A DNA stretch of 64,000 nucleotides, taken from an uncultured Verrucomicrobiae bacterium (lineage in GTDB: Bacteria > Verrucomicrobiota > Verrucomicrobiia > Chthoniobacterales > UBA10450). Position 1 is the first letter of the stretch. Each line of letters opens with the position of its first letter. The stretch spans positions 288,001-352,000 of the forward strand of contig CAWFGO010000002.1 of the NCBI GenBank assembly GCA_963815455.1, written 5' to 3'. The translations under genes were made by a program, and so were the position numbers. Below are positions 51,021 to 60,229 of this stretch, one piece after another. The notes below the pieces were generated by a model. It saw only the letters and a program-made list of their open reading frames with translations, made no database searches and was not told the origin of the DNA.

Positions 51021-51524
51021 ATGCAACTGTTCGCTGTTAGATCGACAATCGCGTTCGCCGCCTTCTTTTTTCTTGAGGCCTCAGCCCTGGCCCAATCTCC
51101 GGAGCAGAGCGATTCCGTTCGCGTGATGGTAACCGTAAACCTGGATGGCTCCCGCACCGCTTACAAATTCGATGATGGCAAGCGCAAGGCTGTCGCCACG
51201 ACCACCAACCCCGACGGCAAACTGCGAGAGAAGATTCGTTACGATCTCGACGAAGCCGGGCGCTTTTCCACCGGACGCATTTTCGGTCCCGATGGCAAAT
51301 TTCGTTTCAAGAGCCGTTACAAATACGACACCGACGGCCGGATGCAGGAGGAAATTCAAATGAGCGAGAAAGACGCGGTCCTGCACAAGATCGTTTACAG
51401 CTACGATCCCAACGGCAAACAGATCGGCTATTCGATTTTCGACGCGAACGGAAAACTCCTCGCCCGAACAACCGGGCCAACCCCCGCCGCCTCGCCTAAA
51501 TCACGCGAGAAAAGCTCGCGGTGA
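51021..51524 (+). CDS. Small secreted protein with YD-like beta repeats
   Basis: Signal peptide and repeats YDLDEAGR / YKYDTDGR / YSYDPNGK / FDANGK. Confidence 0.7.
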   Translation: MQLFAVRSTIAFAAFFFLEASALAQSPEQSDSVRVMVTVNLDGSRTAYKFDDGKRKAVATTTNPDGKLREKIRYDLDEAGRFSTGRIFGPDGKFRFKSRYKYDTDGRMQEEIQMSEKDAVLHKIVYSYDPNGKQIGYSIFDANGKLLARTTGPTPAASPKSREKSSR

Positions 51525-51527
51525 CTC

Positions 51528-51666
51528 TGGGGCGCACAGGCTGCCAGCCTGTAGGTCTCGGCAGCTTGCCGAGACCGGACGTTTCAAGTCAATCCTCTGA
51601 ATCATATGTGCAAAAGATGTTGCCGGCAGGCTGCCGGCAACTGCAGGCTGGCAGCCCGCGCTCCCC
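51528..51666. repeat. Nested palindromic REP-like element
   Basis: GGGGCGCACAGGCTGCCAGCCTGT...GCAGGCTGGCAGCCCGCGCTCCCC, with internal CGGCAGCTTGCCG and CCGGCAGGCTGCCGG hairpins. Confidence 0.8.
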
Positions 51667-51676
51667 GAAATTCCGA

Positions 51677-51889
51677 TCAGCGCTTCAAATCGTGCAGTGA
51701 CTCGCGGGCGACTTCGGCTTTCTCGATTGGAATTGGAACTGCCGTTCCGATTTTCGATTTCACAGTGGCGACATCCGATGCGCTAATCGTCCCGCTCACA
51801 TTGATGTCAGTGCGGAAATTCGAACTCGTGACCAATTGTCCTACTTGCGCCTTGGTTTGGCTGACGTCGGAAGCGTTGACCAGTTTCAT
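51677..51889 (-). pseudogene. Isolated dockerin-like C-terminal domain remnant
   Basis: VNASDVSQTKAQVG...NFRTDINVSGTISASDVATVKSKIG. The first Ca-binding loop is truncated, and there is no signal peptide or upstream domain. Confidence 0.65.
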
Positions 51890-51984
51890 CTCTTTCTGGA
51901 TTTGCGGACGAAAGATTACAGAACGGCGACTCAGTTAGGCAAGATTAATCCGCCATGGAACAATGGCTCTGTGGCGAAGGGAAC

Positions 51985-52066
51985 GGGATCGATCAAGACC
52001 CTATGGCCAAATGAGGCGGCGAAGCCGCGATTGATCGACATCGCCCGCGGACCGGCCGATCCACCT
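51985..52066. repeat. Partial copy of the GGTGGATCG element
   Basis: Its reverse complement AGGTGGATCGGCCGGTCCGCGGGCGATG...GCGGCTTCGCCGCCT matches 39870-39923. Confidence 0.72.
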
Positions 52067-52126
52067 TCCCCTACGGCGGCTGCTACGGCGCTTGCCAGCG
52101 AGGGCAAACGACGTTAAAAAAGCCCG

Positions 52127-52810
52127 GTGATTGATTACATCCAGAAGGGCGGGTTGCTAATGTGGCCGATTTTCGTCTGCAGCATTGTTTCCATCGCCGT
52201 TTTCGCGGAGCGCTTTTTCTTTTTGCATCGGGCGACGATCCACGTCGGTGAATTTCTTAAAGGGCTTTCCAATCTCATTCAGCGGCGAAATTTTGCCGAA
52301 GCGTTGCATGAATCGGCGGGGACGCCGGGGCCGGTGGCGCGCGTGATTCATTCGGCCATTATCCGGCACGATGCACCGCGGGCGGAGTTGCGCGATATCG
52401 TGCAGGAAGCCGGTCAATTGGAAGTGCCGAAGCTGGAGCGATTTTTGGGTGTGCTGGCGACGATCGCGTTCCTCGCGCCATTGCTTGGATTGCTCGGGAC
52501 GGTGGCGGGAATGATCGACGCTTTCGGCACGATTTCATCGAGCGGCGGTTACGTCACCGTGACGGAGCTGTCGCGCGGTATCTATAAGAGCCTGCTGACG
52601 ACGGCGGCCGGTCTCGTCGTGGCTACGCCGACGTTTGTGGCCTACAGTTATCTCTCGTCGCGGGTCAACACCATGATGCACGACATGGAACGGGCCGGAA
52701 TCGAGATCGTGCATATGCTGACGGAAACGCGCCCGCTTGGCGGGATCATCAGTTTCCAGCAAGGCGGCGAGTCGCCGGCGCGCGACCGCGACGCCCGTCA
52801 GGACGTCTAA
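52127..52810 (+). CDS. exbB: MotA/TolQ/ExbB proton channel protein
   Basis: APLLGLLGTVAGMI, GIYKSLLTTAAGL, three TM segments. Confidence 0.88.
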   Translation: MIDYIQKGGLLMWPIFVCSIVSIAVFAERFFFLHRATIHVGEFLKGLSNLIQRRNFAEALHESAGTPGPVARVIHSAIIRHDAPRAELRDIVQEAGQLEVPKLERFLGVLATIAFLAPLLGLLGTVAGMIDAFGTISSSGGYVTVTELSRGIYKSLLTTAAGLVVATPTFVAYSYLSSRVNTMMHDMERAGIEIVHMLTETRPLGGIISFQQGGESPARDRDARQDV

Positions 52811-52930
52811 CAACAGATGGACATGGCAACCAGACCGGATTCTGGAAGGGAAGCTGTCAGCTCCCCCTACAAGAAATTTTCCGGCTATTCGTGTTTATTC
52901 GTGTTCATCGGTGGTTAATTCAGCGCGCGC

Positions 52931-53335
52931 ATGAAGCTTAGCCGGACGAAGGATTATCACTTCGGGTGGCTGGTGGTTTTCCCGATGCTCGATGTGGCGT
53001 TCCTGATGGTTTTCTTCCTCGTGCTCAGTTCGCATTTTATTTTGCAGCACGGCGTTTCCATTTCGATGCCGTTCTCGCGGTTCACGCTCGGGCCGCAGAT
53101 CAATCAGCAAATCATCAGCATCACCGGCGGCGCGGCTCCGGCGATTTATTTTCGGGACCAAAAAGTTACTCTCGAACAGCTCGGGCCGATGCTGGACGCG
53201 GCCAAGCGCGACGGCCAGTCGATCATTATCAAGGCCGACCGGTTCACTCCGTACGAAACCATCATTGAAGTGACCAACGCGGCTCTCGAACACGGGATCA
53301 CGTCCGTAGCGTTGGCGGCAACTCCTCCCCGATGA
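52931..53335 (+). CDS. exbD: ExbD/TolR protein
   Basis: PMLDVAFLMVFF TM with the conserved Asp, and IIIKADR. Confidence 0.88.
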   Translation: MKLSRTKDYHFGWLVVFPMLDVAFLMVFFLVLSSHFILQHGVSISMPFSRFTLGPQINQQIISITGGAAPAIYFRDQKVTLEQLGPMLDAAKRDGQSIIIKADRFTPYETIIEVTNAALEHGITSVALAATPPR

Positions 53336-54129
53336 ATGCGCCTGCGTCGGCAACAGCGCCGCTTCTTTTTCATTGGGAATCACAAGGCAGGAGACGAAGA
53401 GCGATCATCGTGTTTCTCGTTGCCTCGTTAGTCGCGCACGCTCTCTGCTTCTATGTTTTTCAGATCGTCTATCCACCCACCGTCGCCCTGGTGCCGCCGC
53501 CGGTTCGGGTGAGTCTGATCACGGCCGATTCGGAGGAAGGACGCACGCTGCTCCGCTGGGTTGAATCAGAAGATCCCGCGCTCGCCTTCGCGACTCATCG
53601 GCCGCCCGAAGCGAGGCTGCATGCGTTACCGAAAATTGCGCACGTGCCGTCGTATCTGACCAAGGAGCCGATCTTGAAGCAGGCGCCACCTTTGGTTGTC
53701 GATCTTCGCCCGCCCAGCCCCCACCAGCCTGGTCCGGTCCCGATGACGCGTCGGTCGGCCGCGCCTGCAATCGGCGCAATCCCTACGGCGGTCTTGTTCT
53801 CCGAGACGCTTGATGAGCTGGGTCCGCCGATTTTGCCCAAGCCAAGATTTATCGCGTCTAATAATGAGCCTGCTCAAAGCACCCGTTTCCGCATTGCGGT
53901 GGGCCCCGCCGGGGAAGTTCGATATTGTTTCCCGCTCGATTCCTCAGGCGATCCTGCCTTGGACGAACAAGCGCGCAATCATCTCATGCTCTGCCGTTTC
54001 CAGCCGGTCCGCGATCAGCCCCTCCCTGGCGGGGCAACGAGCGATTCATTGATCTGGGGCGTAGCGACAATCGAATGGGGCAACGACGTCGCACCGCCGC
54101 CAGGAGCATCGACAAAGAGTTCGCCGTGA
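53332..54129 (+). CDS. TonB-like energy transducer
   Basis: TM with SLVAH (S..H motif), Pro-rich linker, C-terminal RIAVGPAGEV...SSGDPALDEQA. Confidence 0.72.
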   Translation: MNAPASATAPLLFHWESQGRRRRAIIVFLVASLVAHALCFYVFQIVYPPTVALVPPPVRVSLITADSEEGRTLLRWVESEDPALAFATHRPPEARLHALPKIAHVPSYLTKEPILKQAPPLVVDLRPPSPHQPGPVPMTRRSAAPAIGAIPTAVLFSETLDELGPPILPKPRFIASNNEPAQSTRFRIAVGPAGEVRYCFPLDSSGDPALDEQARNHLMLCRFQPVRDQPLPGGATSDSLIWGVATIEWGNDVAPPPGASTKSSP

Positions 54130-54365
54130 TCCAGGTCAGCCTCACAACGCTGGTGACGATTTATTTGCTGCTTTTTCTTGCAGCGGTTTTTCTCTTCTGG
54201 ATATTGGAAGAATGGAATCGCCGGCGGCGCGAACGTCGAGCATTACGCTATCGTTTGCGCTGTGTGATTTGCGCGTTCGAATTTGAAGATCGAACCGACG
54301 CATTGCTTCCGCGGTGCCCGCGCTGTGGAAGTTTAAACGAGCGATTCAAACTGGAGCGAATCTAA
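54126..54365 (+). CDS. Small membrane-anchored zinc-ribbon protein
   Basis: GTG start overlapping the tonB-like stop, TM, RRRR, then CVIC-x15-CPRCG. Confidence 0.75.
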   Translation: MIQVSLTTLVTIYLLLFLAAVFLFWILEEWNRRRRERRALRYRLRCVICAFEFEDRTDALLPRCPRCGSLNERFKLERI

Positions 54366-54368
54366 AAA

Positions 54369-55547
54369 ATGGGAATGTGGATCGGCCGCAATCGCAAAGC
54401 ACGGGTGACCTATGGGTTCGACGAAATCGCGCTCGTTCCCGGGCGGGTCACAATCAATCCAAACGAAGTCGACACGAGGTTTCGTTTGCCGCGAAAAAAC
54501 GGGGAGCCGCTCGAACTAAAGATTCCCATCCTGGCCAGCGCCATGGATGGCGTTGTCGATGTTCGATTCGCCATCGCAATGAGCAAACTCGGCGGACTGG
54601 CGGTGCTCAACCTCGAAGGCGTGCAGACCCGCTATAAGAATCCGCAGGAGGTCCTGCAAAAAATCGTCGATGCGGACAAGTCCGAGGTCACGGCGTTGTT
54701 GCAAAAAATTTATCAGGAACCGGTTCAGGAAAACCTGATTGCGGCCCGGATCCGGCAAATCAAAGATGGCGGTGCTCTGGCAGCGGTCAGCTCAATTCCC
54801 CAGCGGGCAGTCGAGTTTGGAAAAATCGCGCAAGAGGCTGGGGCGGACGTGTTCGTGGTGCAAAGCACGGTTTCGACCGTCCGGCACATGTCGTCCGAAT
54901 ATAAATCGCTCGAACTGGAACGGTTTTGCCGTGACATGCGCATTCCGGTGATTGTGGGTAACACCGTTGGATACGATGTGACATTCGAGATCATGGAATG
55001 CGGCCCGGCCGGGGTGTTGATCGGCGTGGGACCGGGAGCGGCTTGCACATCGCGGGGCGTGCTGGGCCTTGGCGTTCCTCAGGTCACGGCCTCGGTCGAT
55101 TGCGCGGCAGCCCGCGACGCTTATTTCAAGAAGACATCGCGTTACGTGCCAATCATCACCGACGGCGGAATGAGCAAGGGCGGCGACGTGTGCAAGGCTC
55201 TCGCTTGCGGCGCGGACGCAGTCATGGTCGGAAGCGCGTTTGCCAAGACGGAGGAAGCGCCGGGCCACGGTTATCATTGGGGAATGGCGACGCCGCACCA
55301 GAATCTCCCGCGCGGAACCCGGATCAAGGTCGGCACCACCGGTTCGTTAAAGCAGATTCTTTTTGGACCGGCCGCGGTCGACGACGGCAGTCAGAACCTC
55401 GTGGGCGCGATCACCACCTGCATGGGGAACGTCGGCGCGCGCGATCTGTCCGAATTTCAGCAGACCGAAATCATCATCGCGCCATCCATCAAGACAGAGG
55501 GAAAACTTTTCCAGACCGTACAAAGCGTCGGAATGGGAACGAACTAG
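54369..55547 (+). CDS. guaB: GuaB3-type IMP dehydrogenase-family protein (no CBS domains)
   Basis: YGFDEIALVP, SAMDGV, GVGPGAACTSR, ITDGG and WGMAT. Confidence 0.9.
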   Translation: MGMWIGRNRKARVTYGFDEIALVPGRVTINPNEVDTRFRLPRKNGEPLELKIPILASAMDGVVDVRFAIAMSKLGGLAVLNLEGVQTRYKNPQEVLQKIVDADKSEVTALLQKIYQEPVQENLIAARIRQIKDGGALAAVSSIPQRAVEFGKIAQEAGADVFVVQSTVSTVRHMSSEYKSLELERFCRDMRIPVIVGNTVGYDVTFEIMECGPAGVLIGVGPGAACTSRGVLGLGVPQVTASVDCAAARDAYFKKTSRYVPIITDGGMSKGGDVCKALACGADAVMVGSAFAKTEEAPGHGYHWGMATPHQNLPRGTRIKVGTTGSLKQILFGPAAVDDGSQNLVGAITTCMGNVGARDLSEFQQTEIIIAPSIKTEGKLFQTVQSVGMGTN

Positions 55548-55552
55548 ATCGA

Positions 55553-55588
55553 AGTGATGAGTGACAAGTGACGAGTGACAAGTTAGTG
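55553..55588. repeat. Heptamer tandem repeat (AGTGACN)
   Basis: AGTGATG AGTGACA AGTGACG AGTGACA. Confidence 0.7.
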
Positions 55589-55636
55589 GTTCTCGCCGCT
55601 TTCTAGCCCTTACCCAACAGCAGTCACTCCGCATTT

Positions 55637-56886
55637 ATGAATAACGATCGCAGAGTAGTCATCACTGGCATGGGCGTGATCACGCCGATCGGCAATGATC
55701 TGGAGACTTTCTGGTCGAATCTCAAAAACGGCGTCAGCGGCATTCGCAAGATCGAAGCGTTCGACACCGCTGATTACGATTGCCGAATCGCCGGCGAAGT
55801 GCGCGACTTCGACGCGAAACCATTTTTCAAGAATCCAAAGGACGTTCGGCGCACCGATCGTTTCACCCAATTCGCCATGGCGGCGGCGAAAATGGCGTTG
55901 GAGGACGGCGGCGTTGATGCGGAGAAACTCCAGCGCGATCGCTTCGGGGTGATCGTCAGCAGCGGTATCGGCGGGCTCAAAACGCTCCAGGACCAGCACA
56001 CGATCCTGCTGACGAAAGGGCCGTCGCGAAATTCTCCGTTCACGATCCCGATGCTGATCAGCAACATGGCCAGCGGGATGATCTCGATGGAATACGGTTT
56101 GCAAGGCCCGAACCTTTGCATTGTGACCGCCTGCGCGACTTCCAATAACGCCATTGGCGAATCGTGGCGCATGATTAAGTTCGGCGACGCGGATATGTTT
56201 CTCGCGGGCGGTTCGGAAGCATCGATTGTCGCGATTGGTCTGGCTGGGTTTTCCGCCATGAGAGCGCTTAGCCTCGCAATGACGAACCGGAGCGCGCCTC
56301 GCGCCCGTTCGACCGCGACCGGGATGGCTTTGTCATGGGGGAAGGCGCGGGCGTGGTCGTAGTAGAAGAACTCGAGCACGCCAAAGCGCGCGGCGCGAAG
56401 ATTTATTGCGAACTGGCCGGGTATGGTCTGAGCGCGGATGCTTATCACATGACAGCGCCGCCGCCGGATGGCGAAGGCGCGGCGCGAGCCATGCAAATGG
56501 CGCTCAAGCACGCCGGCATCGCCCCCGAGGAAGTCGATTACATCAACGCGCACGCCACCTCAACGGACATTGGCGACATTTGCGAGACCCGCGCGATCAA
56601 GAAGGTCTTCGGCGAGCATGCGCATAAAGTTGCGATCAGCGCGACGAAATCCATGACCGGTCACTTGCTAGGCGGGGCTGGCGCGATTGAAATGGCAGCC
56701 TGCGCTTTGAGTATTCGTGATTCGGTGATTCCACCAACGATCAATCTGGAAAATCCGGATGAGGCCTGCGATCTCGATTACACGCCAAAAGTTGCCCGGG
56801 AAAAGAAAGTGCGCGTCGCCTTGAATAATGCCTTCGGTTTCGGCGGGCATAATGCCACGCTCATCGCCAAGGCGTTCGAAAGTTAG
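55637..56886 (+). CDS. fabF: 3-oxoacyl-ACP synthase II (frameshift near 56272)
   Basis: [31 protein letters not shown] and FGFGGHN. Confidence 0.96.
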
Positions 56887-56927
56887 CCCCGACGATCCGA
56901 AGGCCCGCAACCACACCGATGTCGATC

Positions 56928-57395
56928 CTACTGATCGACAAAAATGGGCGCGGCGGTAATATCCGCGGCGGTAAACTCCAGACCGTGTCCGCCCTGTTGG
57001 AGATTTTTCAGGAGACCCGCCACACTCTGCGCGGCTTGAGACGCGTAAAAACGCACCAGGCCGACAGTGGTGCGTCCGCCAAACACGGTGATCATGATCG
57101 CATCTTCATCGACTGAATTCATGAACACATGGCTGCCGTTACCCTGATGGTAAAGCGCATTGAACTCGACCTCGCCTATGCGCCGGGCGAGTTCCCGCGT
57201 GGCCGCGAACGAGCCGGCGGCAAGCGCAGCGATGATCGTGACATCCATGGCGTTCATATCGCCGAACTGCGAGATAACGTTGCCGCCGCGATCGATCACG
57301 ACCGTCAATTCGGCTTCCGCCTTTTTCAAAAAATCGGCGAGCACGCCGTCAAGGGAGGCGACGTCTTCAATGGTCAGGACAGGGATCGCGCTCAT
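56928..57395 (-). CDS. mglB: Roadblock/LC7 protein, MglB-type GAP
   Basis: VIDRGGNVI, AALAAGSFAATRELARRIGEVEFNALYHQG and TTVGLVR. Overlaps the mglA stop. Confidence 0.9.
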   Translation of the reverse strand: MSAIPVLTIEDVASLDGVLADFLKKAEAELTVVIDRGGNVISQFGDMNAMDVTIIAALAAGSFAATRELARRIGEVEFNALYHQGNGSHVFMNSVDEDAIMITVFGGRTTVGLVRFYASQAAQSVAGLLKNLQQGGHGLEFTAADITAAPIFVDQ

Positions 57396-58069
57396 GCAGG
57401 AGTGGGCGCGCTCGATTCGTGCGCCGAAGGCGGCTCGACCGGAATGGCGATCGGCGCCACCGGTCGCTGCGGGACGTCGCTTTGTTTGCTGAACTTATGG
57501 AGCAATATCTGGGAAACAGCGTTTAACGCGGCAAACACGTTCTGGCCGGTGCTGGAAATGACCTCAAAACTCTGGAGCCGCTTCTTCCGGTTGTTCATGG
57601 TGTACTCCATGTAATTCACTGGAGCGATATCGGGCAGGTCGCGCTTGTTGTATTCGAGCACTAATGGGACATCGTCGATGGCGACGTTCTGAAGTGAGAG
57701 ATTTTCCTCCAGATTCCTAAAGCTCTCGACGTTCTCCTCCATTTTTTCCCATTGGGAATCGGCCACGAACACGATGCCGTCGGTGCTGCGCAAAACCAGT
57801 TGGCGGGTGGCGTTGTAGATGACCTGGCCGGGAACGGTGTAGAGCTGAAACTTGGTCACGAAGCCCTTGATGACGACCGCATTGAGCGGCAGAAAATCGA
57901 AAAACAAGGTGCGATCCGATGCGGTCGCCAGCGAAACCATGTCGCCCCGGTTCTTCGGGCTGATCCGCTGGTGGATGTAAGCGAGATTGGTTGTCTTCCC
58001 GCAAAGGGCCGGCCCGTAGTAGACAATCTTAAATTGAATCTCGCGGCTGGCGTAATTGATGATCGACAT
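57392..58069 (-). CDS. mglA: MglA small Ras-like GTPase
   Basis: KIVYYGPALCGKTTNL, DRTLFFDFLPL, YTVPGQ and YNKRDL. Confidence 0.95.
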   Translation of the reverse strand: MSIINYASREIQFKIVYYGPALCGKTTNLAYIHQRISPKNRGDMVSLATASDRTLFFDFLPLNAVVIKGFVTKFQLYTVPGQVIYNATRQLVLRSTDGIVFVADSQWEKMEENVESFRNLEENLSLQNVAIDDVPLVLEYNKRDLPDIAPVNYMEYTMNNRKKRLQSFEVISSTGQNVFAALNAVSQILLHKFSKQSDVPQRPVAPIAIPVEPPSAHESSAPTPA

Positions 58070-58078
58070 ATTCTCGGC

Positions 58079-60226
58079 TCAATCCCTTCCCTGTGGTCCC
58101 GTTTCGGCCAACTCCGGTTGCGCGTAGGTGCGCGAAAGTTTCTGGACGATGGCCGTGAGTTCCTCTTGCGTTTCGACGGCGAGGCTCGCGCCGCCGGCGT
58201 GCACCGCCGTCAGGCAAATATTGCCTTCCATGAAAAATGTGAGCGACGAATCCGCGCAGTGCAGCGTCATCGCCTTGAAGGCGCCGAGTTTCGTGTCGTT
58301 AACGTGCTGGCCGATTTTCTCCCAAAGCGAGGGCGTCATTGCGCAAACGCCATCGGCGCTCAGTTCGGCTGGAATATTTCCGGCCAGGGATAGGCCATCG
58401 GCAAAACTAATCGCGCAGGCCCCCACCCCCGGCAGCGTCACGGCGCGGGCAACGACTTGTTTGGCATCGATGTCTTCGGTCGGCACGGGCGAAACGTCCG
58501 CCGTTGCGGCGGCTTCTTTTTCTTCCGCTTGAGGTTCGGGGGTGGCAGACTTCTTCTCCGCGGCGGCGATGGCGTCGAAACGTTTCGCGTCTTCCTCCGC
58601 CTGGATCGAAAATGGCGTTTTAAATTCTTCCTTAACTCTGGTTGCGTCCTCCTGATCGGCCCGCGTCCGTAGAGCGCCGGAAGGGAGATGCCTTAAAATT
58701 TCCTGCAACGGCAGCGTCACCGGCGTTTCGTTTTGATCGATTATGAATAATCCGCGATGCATTTCGGGGATCGCGCGGTGGAAAGCCTTGGCCGAAACGA
58801 TCACGCGACCGCTGGCAAGCTGAGGCTCGATTAGCGACATTGGAAATTCGACCAAGACATTCTCGTCAACAGACATCGGGCTGCCGTTCAATTGGAAGGC
58901 CGGCACCTCTTGCAAGAGCAGTTGCAGCGGCACTGCTAACTTGGTCCCGCCATTTCTCGGGCCCGATTTGATAGAAACGGGCGGCGCCTTTTCTTTCGGC
59001 TCGACTCCCGGCACCAAAGTAAACTTCGGACGAATATCCTCGGACGGCGACGTGAACTTGAACGGAATCCGCGGGGTCTTGGCCAACTTGGAGGACTCCG
59101 CGCTGGTGGCGGTTGGTTCCTTCGAGGGCGACTCGTCTTCCGGCTGCTTCGGTTGCTCCGCCGCTGCAGGAGGGACGTCTTTCTCCACAGCGGGCGATTT
59201 CAGAACCGGCGAAGGAGTTGGAACGGGCGGCCCGCTTGAGGCTGGAACTATCTCAGAGGCGGGCACACCCGTCCCGTTCGGTGGAAGATGAAACGGTATT
59301 TTCTGGGGAGAAATTGGCCCAACGTCATGCTGCTTTTTTTCAGGGGACGGGGTCGATGCGCCGGCGGCGATCGATGTCGATCCTAACGCACCCAGATCTC
59401 GCATCGATATGGCCGGACGGGATTGCTGCGGCGTAAGTTGTCGTGCCACTTCGCGAACGGCCGCTTCCGGCTCGGCGGCGGCAAGCGTTAGCGCGGTAGC
59501 GGGCTCAACTTTCACCGGTGGAGCCGCCGAAGCTTGCAGCGGTTTTACCGGAGTCCCAAACCGCTCCGTATCTTCGAGCGTCACCGTGAGGAAAGGGGTC
59601 TCAAGTTGCGGCACCGCCTGTTCGCATACTTGATCGGCGCGCACCTTTAGATTGGCGAACTGTTCCAGCACTTTGGTGAACGGCAGCAAAACCGGGGTGG
59701 AATCGGCCTCGGGGACACTGGTGAGAAAAATTTCCGGCGCTTGCTGGTAGATGCTGGCAAGGGGAACACTCGGTTGACCGGTTGCCATTCCCTTCTCGAT
59801 CTCCGAGGCCTTTAGAATAATGGACCGGGCCGCATCGAAACTGTCCGGCGGCTTGATCGTTTCCCGAGGCAATTGGTCGAGGATGTCGCAAAGCTGAAGC
59901 GAGATAGCGCGTTCCGCGTGCGGCTCTGGCGCAATCGCGGCCGCCTTTGGCGATGAGCGCGAGATTTTTTGAGAAGAATCGAGTGATATTGTGCGCGGCC
60001 CTGGAATCGTCGCGGGCTTTCCTATTGGCGCGGCACCACCGCGGGGTTCGAATCCAGCGGAGGCCATCCGCGCCCGCGCGGTGTTCGGCAACACTGTCTT
60101 GCTCAGGCGCTGGTCGCTCGGTTTTTCGACACGAACGATCCCCGACGGCGTGTGCTTGGTTACATGAACCAGGGGGAACAGCCGCTCTTTCACATTTTTA
60201 AAAAGATCGAGGAATGGAATCGTCAT
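58079..60226 (-). CDS. 715-aa protein with two internally repeated unknown domains, Pro-rich linkers and a C-terminal roadblock-like domain
   Basis: The C-terminus LPGVGACAISFADGLSLAG...LTFFMEGNICLTAVH is roadblock-like. The repeats share TPVxLP...RADQ...TPF. Confidence 0.75.
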   Translation of the reverse strand: MTIPFLDLFKNVKERLFPLVHVTKHTPSGIVRVEKPSDQRLSKTVLPNTARARMASAGFEPRGGAAPIGKPATIPGPRTISLDSSQKISRSSPKAAAIAPEPHAERAISLQLCDILDQLPRETIKPPDSFDAARSIILKASEIEKGMATGQPSVPLASIYQQAPEIFLTSVPEADSTPVLLPFTKVLEQFANLKVRADQVCEQAVPQLETPFLTVTLEDTERFGTPVKPLQASAAPPVKVEPATALTLAAAEPEAAVREVARQLTPQQSRPAISMRDLGALGSTSIAAGASTPSPEKKQHDVGPISPQKIPFHLPPNGTGVPASEIVPASSGPPVPTPSPVLKSPAVEKDVPPAAAEQPKQPEDESPSKEPTATSAESSKLAKTPRIPFKFTSPSEDIRPKFTLVPGVEPKEKAPPVSIKSGPRNGGTKLAVPLQLLLQEVPAFQLNGSPMSVDENVLVEFPMSLIEPQLASGRVIVSAKAFHRAIPEMHRGLFIIDQNETPVTLPLQEILRHLPSGALRTRADQEDATRVKEEFKTPFSIQAEEDAKRFDAIAAAEKKSATPEPQAEEKEAAATADVSPVPTEDIDAKQVVARAVTLPGVGACAISFADGLSLAGNIPAELSADGVCAMTPSLWEKIGQHVNDTKLGAFKAMTLHCADSSLTFFMEGNICLTAVHAGGASLAVETQEELTAIVQKLSRTYAQPELAETGPQGRD

Positions 60227-60229
60227 CTC

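Noticed and set aside
51021..51524. RHS/YD toxin
   Set aside because: The protein is only 167 aa, with no RHS core end motif, toxin tip or immunity gene.
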